From positions 179,670 to 243,669 of the IMG/VR virus record IMGVR_UViG_3300005289_000052: a DNA stretch of 64,000 bases; one strand, given 5' to 3'. This document shows, in pieces, positions 34,821-45,637 of the stretch. The notes below the pieces were generated by a model. It did no database searches and had not been told where the DNA came from. It saw only the letters and a list, made by a program, of their open reading frames with translations. Each line of letters opens with the position of its first letter. The first letter of the stretch is position 1. The translations under genes were made by a program, and so were the position numbers.

Positions 34821-37391
34821 TTATACCCATCCGTCTTTGATGGACACGAAGTGACTTAGGTCGACTTTGTTATCCAGGTAAAGGGCAATCGCCCGTTTCA
34901 GGAAGTTGTACTGATAGATGTTCAACTCCGTTTCGTACGACAGGTGGTGTGGGTGGATCGAAACATACCGTGTGTCCACACCCTGCTTGCACGGGTCAAA
35001 CTTCAACAGGTACTCGTAGTCTTTCAACCACCGCTTGATCTCCACGTCCCCGTAGTAGGCTTCCATCTGGTCGTCCCAGATCAAACCAGTCATCAGGTCG
35101 AACATCACCTTACACGCAAACGGGCTAAACACCTCGTAGCGTTCTTCAATGATGTTGGGCGAGTTGATCACCGCTTCCGGTAACTTGAGCGTCAGGTAAT
35201 CTGAGATCGCCGTATCGATCGCACGAGACTTGGCCCGCAGGGAATACGTGTTCTCATCTACCAGATCACGCAGAGGAACCACCACATCGTCAATCACGTA
35301 CGGACTGCCGTTCTTCACTTCGGTAGTGAGGTACACTCCGCTGTGCTCTTCGGCAAAGGCCAACACGTCACGCGTCTTGGTCTGTCCACGCACGATCATA
35401 CGCATGACCTTGTCGTCACGGATGTCAAACCGTTTGTTACGGCTGAGCAACCCATTCCACACAAAGCCAAACTCGGCTGGGGGTTCTTGCGTCATGTCAT
35501 CCTGTGGGAACCCGGTGACACGACCAGTGATCTGCTGAGTACCGTTCTCAATCATGAACTCCCGGTTCGTCAACGTGACGTACGGCCAGTTCAAGAAATA
35601 ATCCAACCCTTGGATGATTGGGTGTCCATTGAGGAACAGTTCCAGCTTACCCATCGGCAGGTTCATTTCCTGCTCGTACCAATTCCCATCCGTACGCTTC
35701 TCGGTCGCTTTGATCGGGAAGTAGTACAGGCCATCCGGTGCCGTAATCTCGATATTGAAAGCGAGGAACTTACGGTCGTCACGAACTGCCGTGTACCAAC
35801 GTACACGGTCCAGTGTCCAGGTCACTTTACCATTAGCCAACACGTAGTCGACATCTGGCGTTGCCGTTACCCATTCAAACGAAGGCGTCCCGGCGACCAT
35901 AGAGCACTTGTAGAACCGATAGTTGCAAGACGGGTTCAGGGTGCTAGTCACTTGATGGTAAATCGTGTCCAAAGAGTTCGAACCAATCCCCACCAAAGCT
36001 TCAATCAACTTGCAACCTTCATTGCGAGGGTTGTAGTACTCACCTGAGGTGTGCGGGTAGAAACCCAGCAGCTTACCGTCTTTGTCGTGCTCGAACACAG
36101 TCGATTCAAACTGAAGTCCGTACGGCAACTTCGCGAAACGATCACGCGGATGGATAGTCACCTTCTGAGGAGTGTCAGCCACCAACTTCGAGATAGCGTT
36201 GTACCCGTAGGCATTCTGGACCATCTCACGATTGATCTCAGGACCCATGGAACGCATGATCTTCGTGTACATTGCAGCTTCGAGTTCTTCTGCACGCCAG
36301 ACCTTAACAGTCGACTCCAAACCCAACATCGCTTTCGGGATGTCAGAAGGCTTCAACTTGTACAGCTCTTTAATGCGGGAGTTCTCATTTACCAGCGGCC
36401 GTTTCCAACCCGCTTCACGGATACACAGACGTACGGTGATTTCAGCTAAGTCATGCCACCCTTCGGTTGCAGCAACAAAGCCTGCCACGTAAGGTACTAC
36501 AATCGAGTAGTCCTTGTGCGTGACCATCCGCATCGAGTCGTCTTGGTTCTTGTGGTGGTAAACGCCTTTGTAACGACCATTGGTTTCTTTCTTGATCAGA
36601 TAGATGTCAATGTCGTCACGGTAATCAATCGTCTCCTTTTGGTTAGCCACATAGTGGAGCAAGTATTTACGCTTGTTATCCAGTTTGCTGACGAACGTTG
36701 GGAGGTTCTTGAGAGGCAGGTCTACAACACGCCGAATGGTCGAGTCGTAAACGTACTCCAGGATGTCGCCAACCTTAATGCGATCAGGTTGGAAGTCATC
36801 CACCAGGTAGCCGTTGTGATAGGCGTACGTGTGACCGATCTTAGCACGCCATGCTTGGTACTCGCGCTGATAGGTCAGGAGCAGAGCCCGGTCACCGGTG
36901 TAGACGTGTCCCTTGACCTTGATCTGGTTCTCGTCGGGATAAGACCGAGTCGACGCAAAGAAGGCGTTGGAATACACGCGGAAGAAAACGGGATTGTGAT
37001 ACAGGTCACCAAAGATCTCGCTACGCTTGATGGCGATAACGATGTTGCGATCCCCCATTACTTGCAGGTACGCCATATGGCGAGGGATTTGCACACCGTC
37101 AACGTTGTACAGATCCACCAACATCTTCGCCTGTTCGCACACAGTCGAGAAAGGTGTCCACGTCTTCCATGAGTTAACTAACCCAAGAAGCTTAGGATGG
37201 ATCTGGCCAATCCAGTACACGTTAAACAAGTCGGTGCGGTTCGGCAGAGGGATGGTCTGCCATTCCACATCAACATAGCGAGCTTCACCAAATTTGTCCG
37301 TGATGTGGGCCATTTGGTAAATGTATTGGTAATCCTGATCGGGAGTACACCAGACATTGTCTAAGGCGTGCTCAATCAGGAAATCAGCCAT
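34821..37391 (-). CDS. Virion structural protein (phiKZ gp27-like)
   Basis: HALDNVWCTPDQD N-terminus; synteny. Confidence 0.78.
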   Translation of the reverse strand: MADFLIEHALDNVWCTPDQDYQYIYQMAHITDKFGEARYVDVEWQTIPLPNRTDLFNVYWIGQIHPKLLGLVNSWKTWTPFSTVCEQAKMLVDLYNVDGVQIPRHMAYLQVMGDRNIVIAIKRSEIFGDLYHNPVFFRVYSNAFFASTRSYPDENQIKVKGHVYTGDRALLLTYQREYQAWRAKIGHTYAYHNGYLVDDFQPDRIKVGDILEYVYDSTIRRVVDLPLKNLPTFVSKLDNKRKYLLHYVANQKETIDYRDDIDIYLIKKETNGRYKGVYHHKNQDDSMRMVTHKDYSIVVPYVAGFVAATEGWHDLAEITVRLCIREAGWKRPLVNENSRIKELYKLKPSDIPKAMLGLESTVKVWRAEELEAAMYTKIMRSMGPEINREMVQNAYGYNAISKLVADTPQKVTIHPRDRFAKLPYGLQFESTVFEHDKDGKLLGFYPHTSGEYYNPRNEGCKLIEALVGIGSNSLDTIYHQVTSTLNPSCNYRFYKCSMVAGTPSFEWVTATPDVDYVLANGKVTWTLDRVRWYTAVRDDRKFLAFNIEITAPDGLYYFPIKATEKRTDGNWYEQEMNLPMGKLELFLNGHPIIQGLDYFLNWPYVTLTNREFMIENGTQQITGRVTGFPQDDMTQEPPAEFGFVWNGLLSRNKRFDIRDDKVMRMIVRGQTKTRDVLAFAEEHSGVYLTTEVKNGSPYVIDDVVVPLRDLVDENTYSLRAKSRAIDTAISDYLTLKLPEAVINSPNIIEERYEVFSPFACKVMFDLMTGLIWDDQMEAYYGDVEIKRWLKDYEYLLKFDPCKQGVDTRYVSIHPHHLSYETELNIYQYNFLKRAIALYLDNKVDLSHFVSIKDGWV

Positions 37392-38310
37392 TGAGAACCT
37401 CGATCAGACGTGACAGGTTGAGGATGAACGACTTGCCAGCGCCGTTACGGTCACAGGCTTGAACGATCTTGGCGATACCCGAGTTACGGTAGCTGCGATC
37501 GAGTAAGGACATGTAGACCATGGCCAGGAAGGTTGGAACGTGTTCCAGACCTACGCCGACAATCTCTTTGGCATTGAGGCCATACCAACCACCACCGACC
37601 AGGGCATAGATCAGAGGAGTGTTGAGGCTCTCGGCACGTTTGTTGTCCAGTACTTCACGCAGGACTTGAACGTAGTCGTCGATGGACTCCATGTGGCGCA
37701 GAGCAGCAGCCTTGTCGAAGATCACATCGGCAGGGATACGAGTAGCACGGGCTACCTTGAGCGACAGGCGTTGCAGTTCACGCTCGTCGAACGGACCGTC
37801 TTCACCACCGACTGGCTTCTCTTGGAAGTGGCAGGCGTACCAAACAGCACTGACCATGGTGATCAGCATTTGTTCTTGTGGCGAGAAGTGCAGTTGGCGA
37901 GTGATACGCTCAGCCAGGAAACGGGAGAACACAGCCATCGGCAGGTCACCCAAACCAGCCATGTCAGCCACGCCATTTTTCAGGCCATAACTGGTCAACG
38001 CTGCACGCACGCCATTGAAGGCGTATTCGGCATAGTTAGACGGAGTCAGAACACCGTCACCCATGCGAGCGTAAGCGCGAGTGTCGATCACCACCATCTG
38101 GAGGTCGTAGCGGTCTTTGAATGGGTAGGGGTGAGCAAACGGAGGAATCTCCTTGTTACCCGGAACGATACCCCAGACCGAATTGATGGTCTTACCGTTG
38201 ATCTGAATAGGCGCCAGACCACCTTCGATCTCGGCCAGTTTCAGGCCTTTTTCAACTGCGCCCATCTGGTATCCGGCGCAGGGTTTGCATTCGTACGGAG
38301 AAAGCTTCAT
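37384..38310 (-). CDS. Virion-associated protein (phiKZ gp28-like)
   Basis: Synteny; divergent from sheath gene. Confidence 0.7.
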   Translation of the reverse strand: MKLSPYECKPCAGYQMGAVEKGLKLAEIEGGLAPIQINGKTINSVWGIVPGNKEIPPFAHPYPFKDRYDLQMVVIDTRAYARMGDGVLTPSNYAEYAFNGVRAALTSYGLKNGVADMAGLGDLPMAVFSRFLAERITRQLHFSPQEQMLITMVSAVWYACHFQEKPVGGEDGPFDERELQRLSLKVARATRIPADVIFDKAAALRHMESIDDYVQVLREVLDNKRAESLNTPLIYALVGGGWYGLNAKEIVGVGLEHVPTFLAMVYMSLLDRSYRNSGIAKIVQACDRNGAGKSFILNLSRLIEVLNG

Positions 38311-38513
38311 TCGGTCAAGTCCCCTTGAAGGATATTGTAAAAGTTTACGAAACCGACATATGTACTTTCCGACATGGATAGTATGATGTATTACATCGGT
38401 TTAGGCAACTATACCATTCAAGTCAATTCGCCCCACAAAGGACCATGGCCTTATGGGAACGAACCTTGTTTGGCCAACGCAGTACTTTAGATAGATCTAT
38501 CACAGGAGCTGTT

Positions 38514-40574
38514 ATGATCACCATCAGAAACGCTGCTCCTCGCTCAATCCTGTTGGGTCTGAAAGATGAGAGTGGTCGCGCTCCGGTTGTTGAGCCGGAA
38601 CAAATTCCCTCCCACCTGGCACACGTGTTCACGTTCGCTGAGCGTGGTTCACTGATTCCCCAACTGGTTGTCGGGGACAGCCTTCTCACCGCCTTCGGTG
38701 CGAAGACTTTCGACTACCGCTCCAAGTTCGCTACTCACCAGACTCCGCTGATCAACACCATCAATGGTGAAGCGAACAGCATGATGGTGCAGCGCTTGGT
38801 TCCTGACGACGCCACCACCGCGACCTTGGTCCTGTGGCTGGACACCGTTGCCGACGAAATCGTTGACTACGAACGTAATGGCGATCTGAGCTTCAAGCTC
38901 GACGCACAAAGCGTACGTATTCCAAAAGCCGACAAGATCGCGGGTAACCGTGCGCGTTGGAAAGCTGAGCTGCTGCCTGCCGACAAAGGCCTGGCCGAGC
39001 TGACCAGCAAAGTCGGTGAAATCATCGCGGACAAGGACGGCGCTCAGTCGACCATGTACCCAATCCATGCGTTCTCCGTATCGTCTCCGGGCGGTTTCGG
39101 TAACCTGGTTGGTATCCGCCTGTCTGCTCCGACCATGTTGTCGTCCAACCCGATCGACAACACCACTGCTGAAGAGGCGAAAGCCTACCTGTACCGTGTG
39201 GCCTTCGTTGAGCGCCCGGATCAGTTCAGCACTCCGGCGATCATCGAAACCATCCAAGGCGAGCAGTTCATCGACTTCGCCTACAAGGAAGGTGTGATCA
39301 ACTCCCGTACCGACAGCCTGGTGTCTGCAAACGACACTCTGCTGCAAGCGTGGAATGCTCCGGCGATCAACGGCATCCCAGCCACCGTCGGTGTGGTTGA
39401 CCAGATGCACGTCTACCAGGACAACATCGAAACTCTGTTGGCTGTGTTCCAGCAAGCAGAAGCCGAGTTGGGTCTGATCGGCGAAGACGAGGAGGACCTG
39501 CACCTCTTCAACTTCGTGGGCGGCACCAACCTGGAAGGCATCCCGTACTACACCTACTCGGTGGAAGGTCCTCAGTCCGGCGGCCTGCTCATGGCAGATT
39601 CCGCTACTCACTACTTCGGTGGTGGTTCTGACGGTACCCTGACCAACGAGAACTTCGACAAGTTGGTAGCTGCTCAAGTTGCTGGTTACGGCAACCTGGC
39701 TGGCTTCGACTTCCTGGACACTGCGATCTATCCGCAGAGCTGCATCTACGACTCCGGCTTCACGCTGGAGACCAAGAAGAAGCTGTTGACCGTCCTGGGC
39801 CGTCGTAAGGACATGTGGGTTGTACTCTCTACCCAAGACGCTGCTGCTCGTCAGAACAGCCCTTCGGAAGAGTCGAGCATCGCGATCTCCCTGCGGACCG
39901 CTGCTCGCATGTACCCAGAGTCGGAAGTTTACGGTACGCCGGTTTGCCGCGCTATCGTGATCGGACACTCCGGTTACCTGATCAACTCCAAGTGGACCAA
40001 GCTGACCCCGCTGACCATCGAGTTCGCGGCCAAGTCTGCTCGTTACATGGGTGCTGGCAACGGTATCTGGAAGTCGGCTCAGTCCTTCTCCATTTCTCCG
40101 GCCAACCAAGTCACCATGTTCCGCAACGTGAATGCTTCCTTCAAGAAGGCAGAAGTACGTTCGCAGGACTGGGAAAACGGCTTGGTGTGGGTACAGAACT
40201 ACGACCGTCGTAGCCTGTTCTTCCCAGCGTTCCAAACCGTCTACGATGACGATTCCTCGATCCTGAACAGCTTCTTCAACATGGCCGTGGCCGTGGAGCT
40301 GGAAAAGATCTCGGACCGCGCCTGGCGCGATCTGACCGGCATCGACGGTCTGACCCCTGGTCAATTCATCCAGCGCAGTAACCGTCTGATTCAAGACGCA
40401 GTGAAGGGTCGTTTCGATGGTCGCGTTACCATTGAAGTTGACACCATCCTGACTGCTGCTGATACCCAGCGTGGCTATAGCTGGTCCTGCAAAATCACCA
40501 TGTATGGTAACAACATGATGACCGTGGGTACCTTCACTATCGTCGCACGTCGTCAAGAGGATCTCGCACAATGA
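38514..40574 (+). CDS. Tail sheath protein (phiKZ gp29-like)
   Basis: AGGAG RBS; NAAP...GLKDES, YDSGFTLETK, YPESEVYGTPVCR motifs; strong codon bias. Confidence 0.9.
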   Translation: MITIRNAAPRSILLGLKDESGRAPVVEPEQIPSHLAHVFTFAERGSLIPQLVVGDSLLTAFGAKTFDYRSKFATHQTPLINTINGEANSMMVQRLVPDDATTATLVLWLDTVADEIVDYERNGDLSFKLDAQSVRIPKADKIAGNRARWKAELLPADKGLAELTSKVGEIIADKDGAQSTMYPIHAFSVSSPGGFGNLVGIRLSAPTMLSSNPIDNTTAEEAKAYLYRVAFVERPDQFSTPAIIETIQGEQFIDFAYKEGVINSRTDSLVSANDTLLQAWNAPAINGIPATVGVVDQMHVYQDNIETLLAVFQQAEAELGLIGEDEEDLHLFNFVGGTNLEGIPYYTYSVEGPQSGGLLMADSATHYFGGGSDGTLTNENFDKLVAAQVAGYGNLAGFDFLDTAIYPQSCIYDSGFTLETKKKLLTVLGRRKDMWVVLSTQDAAARQNSPSEESSIAISLRTAARMYPESEVYGTPVCRAIVIGHSGYLINSKWTKLTPLTIEFAAKSARYMGAGNGIWKSAQSFSISPANQVTMFRNVNASFKKAEVRSQDWENGLVWVQNYDRRSLFFPAFQTVYDDDSSILNSFFNMAVAVELEKISDRAWRDLTGIDGLTPGQFIQRSNRLIQDAVKGRFDGRVTIEVDTILTAADTQRGYSWSCKITMYGNNMMTVGTFTIVARRQEDLAQ

Positions 40575-41428
40575 GCCGTTTAGCAGATACCATTCTTGAC
40601 AACAAGGCGTACAACCAGTACGGGCGGTCGGCCATGGTCGACATCCGTAAGGGTGGTTCCAACGGTCCGGCACCGGACTACGCGGCCTACGTAACGAACT
40701 CCGCGTACGTTCGTCGGAACATCATCGCTATCCTCATCGAGGCCCCTCGTGGGTTCCAAGATCTGGAAGACCCGGACTATTGGGTTTCCACTCTGAAGAA
40801 CCTGGTCGAGCTGGCACCGAAGACTATCGAGGGTCTGTCTCAGACTCTGACTGTCGAGCACATCGAAAACCCATTCGGTGGTGCTGGTGAGGTTCAGCAG
40901 GATATTTCGAACGTCACCCGTCAGCGTTCGGCTCCACAGTTCACCTGGAACGAGAAGTACGGCAAAGCTGTGGCTTCGTTCCTGAACGGTTGGGTTCTGA
41001 ACCTGATCATGGACCCGGATACCAAGTACCCGCGCGTTGTCAAGAACACCGACAAACCGGCGGACTTGCTCCCCGACTACACCGGGATGACCGTGCTCTT
41101 CATCGAGCCGGACCCAACCCACACCAAGGTGATCACTGCCTGGCTGTCTACCAACATGCGCCCAACCGGCACTGTTGCGGAGATCTCCGGTTCTCGTGAC
41201 ATCACCGCTGCGCTGCAAGGTGCGGACTACTCGGTTGAATTCACTGCCCTGACCCAAATTGGTGAAGGCGTGAACAGCTTCGCTCAAGAGATCCTGGACA
41301 ACATGACTCTGACCGGCGCTAACCCGAGCCTGCAAGAAGCTTTCGTACGAGAAATCGACGCGGAAGTAGAAGCAGCCGACACCGGCTACGCAAACCGCAT
41401 CGAGAAGATGGCTTCGGCCACCATCTAA
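40571..41428 (+). CDS. Tail tube / major virion protein (phiKZ gp30-like)
   Basis: Coupled (ATGA overlap) to sheath; YVRRN, EKYG, LFIEPDP motifs. Confidence 0.82.
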   Translation: MSRLADTILDNKAYNQYGRSAMVDIRKGGSNGPAPDYAAYVTNSAYVRRNIIAILIEAPRGFQDLEDPDYWVSTLKNLVELAPKTIEGLSQTLTVEHIENPFGGAGEVQQDISNVTRQRSAPQFTWNEKYGKAVASFLNGWVLNLIMDPDTKYPRVVKNTDKPADLLPDYTGMTVLFIEPDPTHTKVITAWLSTNMRPTGTVAEISGSRDITAALQGADYSVEFTALTQIGEGVNSFAQEILDNMTLTGANPSLQEAFVREIDAEVEAADTGYANRIEKMASATI

Positions 41429-41435
41429 GTGTGGT

Positions 41436-41472
41436 GACATACTCGGGGGCCTTCGGGTCCCCGTTTATGCCG
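41436..41472 (+). terminator. Intrinsic terminator
   Basis: CGGGGGCC-TTCG-GGTCCCCG TTTATGCCG. Confidence 0.8.
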
Positions 41473-41522
41473 TATTTTGTGAAGGCCTCTGTTTTCAACA
41501 CTTCACCTTAGGGATAGCAACC

Positions 41523-42779
41523 ATGCTTAAGCAATACATGGAGCCTGATCAGCTCCCAACTACCAATTGGTCAATGGAGGCGATTGACAGTCTGATCGCA
41601 TCCGCTGACGCCAAACTGGATCGCTTTGAAGCGCTCTGTGTTGCGATGGAGGAAATCGAGGAGATCCATAACGACCTCGAAACCCTGATCGAAAACAACG
41701 ATGCGAACCAGACCACTGCGGTCATGATCCGTGAGCGTATCGAACGTGTCTCTGACGACACCGGTATCCAAGCAGTCATTCCTGCTCTGGAAGACCACGG
41801 CGACGATATGATCGCTTACCACCAGATCTCGATGGAAGCTGTGTCGGGTATCTGGAACCGCATCAAACAAGCGTACGTCTCCGAATGGCAGACCATGTTC
41901 GATGGTTTCTCCACCCTGTTCGGTGGCTATCGTCGTTGGGGTCTGCGTCAACAAGCGCGTATCCACAAACTGCGTCAAGAGTGGAAAGACAAGAAGCCAG
42001 AACTGAACGAACAGCGCCACAAAGGTTCGCTGGCCGGTCAAACCGTCTTCATGGCTTTCACCATCGACGGTCGTATGTCTAAAGACCCAGTCGGCGACAT
42101 GCAGAAGGACGTGGCCAACGCCAAGTACCTGACCCAAGAGTATCCGAAAGCCCTGGCGATGTACCTCGAGAAAGTTCGCGGTATTATCAACGGTGGTAAG
42201 TACGACAACGACGCAGGCTTTGAGTCTTCTGTACTCGGCAAGCTCGGCGGTCTGGAACACCCGTCTCAAGTCCTCAAGTCCCCAATCATCGGTAAAGGCA
42301 ACGTCATGTTGCACAACCGTGGTCTGGAAGTGAAGAAGGGTCGTTCGGTCAAGCCAGTGGGTTCCGATGACAAGTACCGTAAGTTGGCCGACCTGTCGGT
42401 TCAAACCTACGTGAAAGAATTCGTGTTCACCTGGTCCAACCTCAACTCTGGTATCATCGAGGACTTCTACCTGTCCACCGCTGATGTCGACAAGATGCTG
42501 GATCTGTGCGACGAGTACTGCAAGTGCCTGATCAATGCGATGGAAGTGTTCCGTCCAATGCAGAAGGCTATGAAAGGTCTGGCTGACTTCGCCAAGAAGA
42601 ACATCGAGACCGATCGTCTGAACGGCACCAACCAGAAAGCGTTCAAGCAGATGCTGAGCTTCGTACGTGGTCTGCGCCGTTACGCCAAGACTCCGTACCG
42701 GATCGAGATCACTCGTATCCAAGGCATCGTCATCGCCTCCCGCATCATCGCCAGCCGGACTATCGCTACAGCGAAATGA
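41523..42779 (+). CDS. Internal head protein with acidic propeptide
   Basis: Acidic N-terminal ~100 aa with SME, AME, ALE, SME prohead-protease sites. Confidence 0.72.
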   Translation: MLKQYMEPDQLPTTNWSMEAIDSLIASADAKLDRFEALCVAMEEIEEIHNDLETLIENNDANQTTAVMIRERIERVSDDTGIQAVIPALEDHGDDMIAYHQISMEAVSGIWNRIKQAYVSEWQTMFDGFSTLFGGYRRWGLRQQARIHKLRQEWKDKKPELNEQRHKGSLAGQTVFMAFTIDGRMSKDPVGDMQKDVANAKYLTQEYPKALAMYLEKVRGIINGGKYDNDAGFESSVLGKLGGLEHPSQVLKSPIIGKGNVMLHNRGLEVKKGRSVKPVGSDDKYRKLADLSVQTYVKEFVFTWSNLNSGIIEDFYLSTADVDKMLDLCDEYCKCLINAMEVFRPMQKAMKGLADFAKKNIETDRLNGTNQKAFKQMLSFVRGLRRYAKTPYRIEITRIQGIVIASRIIASRTIATAK

Positions 42780-42832
42780 CGGCATAAAGGCAAAAAAAAG
42801 CAGGGGCCGAAACCCCTGCTTTTTATGCCGTC
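42778..42832. terminator. Bidirectional terminator flanked by inverted TTTATGCCGTC motifs
   Basis: GACGGCATAAA...AAAAAGCAGGGG-CCGAAA-CCCCTGCTTTTT-ATGCCGTC. Confidence 0.8.
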
Positions 42833-43215
42833 TGTTTCTGACGGTATTCCAACACCAACTCGTGTGTCTGCATGAACAGCTCAACCTTCTCCAAGAACCC
42901 GACGTCCAACGTGCACCGGAGTTTGTAGCCGTTCTTCTGACAGTACTCGTAGAACTTGTGATAACTGTCCTCCGCTTTGGTGAAACGATCGGCGTATGCC
43001 AAACACCACTGAAAGATAGTTAGAGGTAAACCCTGATCACCACGCACCTGATGGATACGTAGAGGGAGTGCCTCACGTTCAAGTTCTTCAACAAACAAGT
43101 CGAAGTCCACGACGTTGTACATCAACAAACCGACTTCATTCAGATTGTCGAAGTTTCGCTCCCCAGCGAGAATCGCCCCCACCAACTTCTTGTACCACTG
43201 AACGTTCAACCCCAT
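42823..43215 (-). CDS. Hypothetical protein (130 aa)
   Basis: ORF track; AAGGA RBS. Confidence 0.7.
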   Translation of the reverse strand: MGLNVQWYKKLVGAILAGERNFDNLNEVGLLMYNVVDFDLFVEELEREALPLRIHQVRGDQGLPLTIFQWCLAYADRFTKAEDSYHKFYEYCQKNGYKLRCTLDVGFLEKVELFMQTHELVLEYRQKQTA

Positions 43216-43245
43216 GGTCAGTATCCTTACGATGCTCTAGTCATA

Positions 43246-43608
43246 TTAGATCAGTTCGCCTGCATCTACTGCTGTGAGGCCCTGAGCCTCTGCGTAGCGC
43301 ATCAAACGGTCCTTGAGGTTATGTCGGTGACAGAAGACACCGGCACGACACATACAAGCCACTACAACGCGTTCCAGCCGTACGACCCGGTCCCACTCTG
43401 CTTGGTGTTCGACCTGTTTGTCATCGAGGATCTCATTGTAGCGTCGGGTGTACTCTTCTTGGCTGAGCCCGGAGTACTTGATCCCGTGAACGATTTCTTT
43501 GATCGGCGAGAAAGCCACATTGCCATTGCGCCAGGTCGTGTCGATAAACTCAATACCCAGCTCTTTAGCACGTCGCCACTTACCCATTTGGATCGTGTAG
43601 ATTTCCAT
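43246..43608 (-). CDS. DUF488-like protein
   Basis: IYTIQ...DTT...FSP...YTRRY...VVACMC....CHR pattern. Confidence 0.65.
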   Translation of the reverse strand: MEIYTIQMGKWRRAKELGIEFIDTTWRNGNVAFSPIKEIVHGIKYSGLSQEEYTRRYNEILDDKQVEHQAEWDRVVRLERVVVACMCRAGVFCHRHNLKDRLMRYAEAQGLTAVDAGELI

Positions 43609-43686
43609 ACCCATCTCAGCCAAAAAAAAAGAGGTCAGCATAAAAGCGGTAGGGGGTTACCCTACCGCTTGGCCTAGGCCGGATGA

Positions 43687-44178
43687 TCAGCCAGCGAGAG
43701 CAGCTTTCGCGCGCTCGTTGATGCTGTCACGAACTTTCTTCAGCACACCCTTGTTGGCGTGGGCGTTGACGCCGTACTTCATCGACACGATACCGTACTT
43801 GGTGATGACCGCGTTCGGATCGCGCTCTTCGCCTTCTTTCGGGATGCCGCCAGCCGGGTATTCTTTCGAACGCTGGATGGTACCAGCAACGGAGTCGGCG
43901 CCGTAGCCGAATTCGACCGACAGTTGTTCCAGCTTCTCGTCGCCTTTGAAAGCTTCGATGCCGATGCGGCCCAGGGCTTCGGCAGTGGCAGCGACCAGGT
44001 TCACCGGGTGCTCTTGGTGCAGAGCGCGCGACTCGACGGTGATGCCTTCTGGCAGAGTGGTGTCGCCGATGTTGGATGGCAGCGAAACGATGGAGCCTTC
44101 GCGGGTCATCTGCGAGAACAGGGAGTCAGCCAGAGCGTTGACGGTTTCCAGGGCGGTGGCTTTCTTGGATTCGGACAT
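43687..44178 (-). CDS. Abundant-type hypothetical protein (163 aa); also the C-terminal part of a 294-aa ORF from 44571
   Basis: Internal AAGGA RBS and ATG at 44178; strong codon bias only in this part. Confidence 0.7.
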   Translation of the reverse strand: MSESKKATALETVNALADSLFSQMTREGSIVSLPSNIGDTTLPEGITVESRALHQEHPVNLVAATAEALGRIGIEAFKGDEKLEQLSVEFGYGADSVAGTIQRSKEYPAGGIPKEGEERDPNAVITKYGIVSMKYGVNAHANKGVLKKVRDSINERAKAALAG

Positions 44179-44605
44179 TGCACGTTTTCCTTGCGGGTTA
44201 TGAAGACTACGGGTTGCGTTGCGGATATCGCTTACATATCCTTGCACTTTGCCGTAATCAATTACAGGTAGATTGAGTCTTCTCTCGAAGCTTTCGCGGG
44301 CAGCGCTTACTGCGTTGTCCACAATTTGTTGGATTTCGTCCTCAGTCAACTTCCGAGGTTTCGGATAGACGAGTTCGATCACCTGGGCGATTTCTTCGAC
44401 AATCTCGACTTGAGTTTCCTCATCGATGTTATCGAACCACCCATCAAAGCCACCACGACCATCCAAAGAGCGGATGACTCCGTTAGCAGCTCGTGTAGCA
44501 CGACAGCTCAAATCCATGTCTTCGAAGACAGGAAATAGATCAGCGCGGTCGAGTGTAGCTTGTGCGGACATGATGAATCTCCATTCAAGCCAGGTATTGC
44601 ACTAG

Positions 44606-44624
44606 AGTAATATATACCCCAGAT
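44606..44624 (-). promoter_or_regulatory. Early promoter (for the ORF starting at 44571)
   Basis: ATCTGGGGTATATATTACT. Confidence 0.65.
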
Positions 44625-44633
44625 TCTTTTCAA

Positions 44634-44987
44634 TCACATCGCGCAGACACACTCAGAAGGAGGTGGGTCACGCGGGATGATCTTCACGACTTGCTCGAGT
44701 TGCTTTTCCCAGACGACGTGTTCACGATAGCCATCAGACTTGACAGCCACGCATAGACCACAGTAGGGGAAGATGTAACCATGCCAGCCACCATTACGGG
44801 AATGGAACTTGAGACGTGGAATTTTCCTTACTTCCCCATCGAGGTTACCCAGGGCATCAGTAGAGACCTGAGTGTTAGGTTGATGGACAGCCTTCTCTTC
44901 GTAGATCTCCCAGAAGTCGCCATCAGCCGGAATCAGCACGTCACCTTTTTGCAGACGCACTGTTTCCATCATTACGGGTTCTTTCAT
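44634..44987 (-). CDS. Hypothetical protein, paralog 3 of triplet
   Basis: LQKGDVL...HQPN...DALGNLDG...YIFPYCG. Confidence 0.7.
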   Translation of the reverse strand: MKEPVMMETVRLQKGDVLIPADGDFWEIYEEKAVHQPNTQVSTDALGNLDGEVRKIPRLKFHSRNGGWHGYIFPYCGLCVAVKSDGYREHVVWEKQLEQVVKIIPRDPPPSECVCAM

Positions 44988-45286
44988 CGTCGACTTCCTG
45001 AGGTGTCTTTGATGCCATTGTTTGGCTTCTCGCGGCGGACTACGATGTGCTCTGGCACAGCCACCGACGAAATGATTTTCTTGACATCATGATTGCGACA
45101 ACGCACAGCAGTGCGCTCACGCATCATCAGTACACGACCATCACTGAGCTGGTAGTGAACGTTAGTCGTTGCATGTGGGTTTGGAGCAGGGATGTCCTCC
45201 TTACCAATCACCCGCGCTTCCAATGAGTCGATGAAGTCACCGATCTTGATATCGCGGATGTGAACTCGTTCTTCAACGTGACGCAT
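44984..45286 (-). CDS. Hypothetical protein, paralog 2 of triplet
   Basis: IKIGDFI...PAPN...YQLSDGR. Confidence 0.7.
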   Translation of the reverse strand: MRHVEERVHIRDIKIGDFIDSLEARVIGKEDIPAPNPHATTNVHYQLSDGRVLMMRERTAVRCRNHDVKKIISSVAVPEHIVVRREKPNNGIKDTSGSRR

Positions 45287-45634
45287 TTATTTCCCCTTGG
45301 ATCGAAGTAGTGGGGTCTCGATACGGGGATGGTGTACAACCTTGAATGTCTTCGGAAAGTTTTCTTCCTTAACTACCTTGCCTTCATTGTTCACGTACAA
45401 CAGCACACCGGAGTGTGGGAACAGGTAAGCTTGATAGCCGCGACCATCACGGAAATGATACTGCCAGACATTTTCAGGTGGTTTACCAACCCACTGACCC
45501 AACGAATTGGTCTTACCCTCATAGTTAGGTTCAGGTACGTAATTTCTTCCCACGAAGGTCAAGTCATACGCCGGTAGATAATCGCCAGCAAAGATCTGGT
45601 CAACGCTAGCAGTCGAAGGCTTTACTCCGGTCAT
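45287..45634 (-). CDS. Hypothetical protein, paralog 1 of triplet
   Basis: IFAGDYL...PEPN...NSLGQWVG...YHFRDGR...YLFPHSG. Confidence 0.7.
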   Translation of the reverse strand: MTGVKPSTASVDQIFAGDYLPAYDLTFVGRNYVPEPNYEGKTNSLGQWVGKPPENVWQYHFRDGRGYQAYLFPHSGVLLYVNNEGKVVKEENFPKTFKVVHHPRIETPLLRSKGK

Positions 45635-45637
45635 CCT

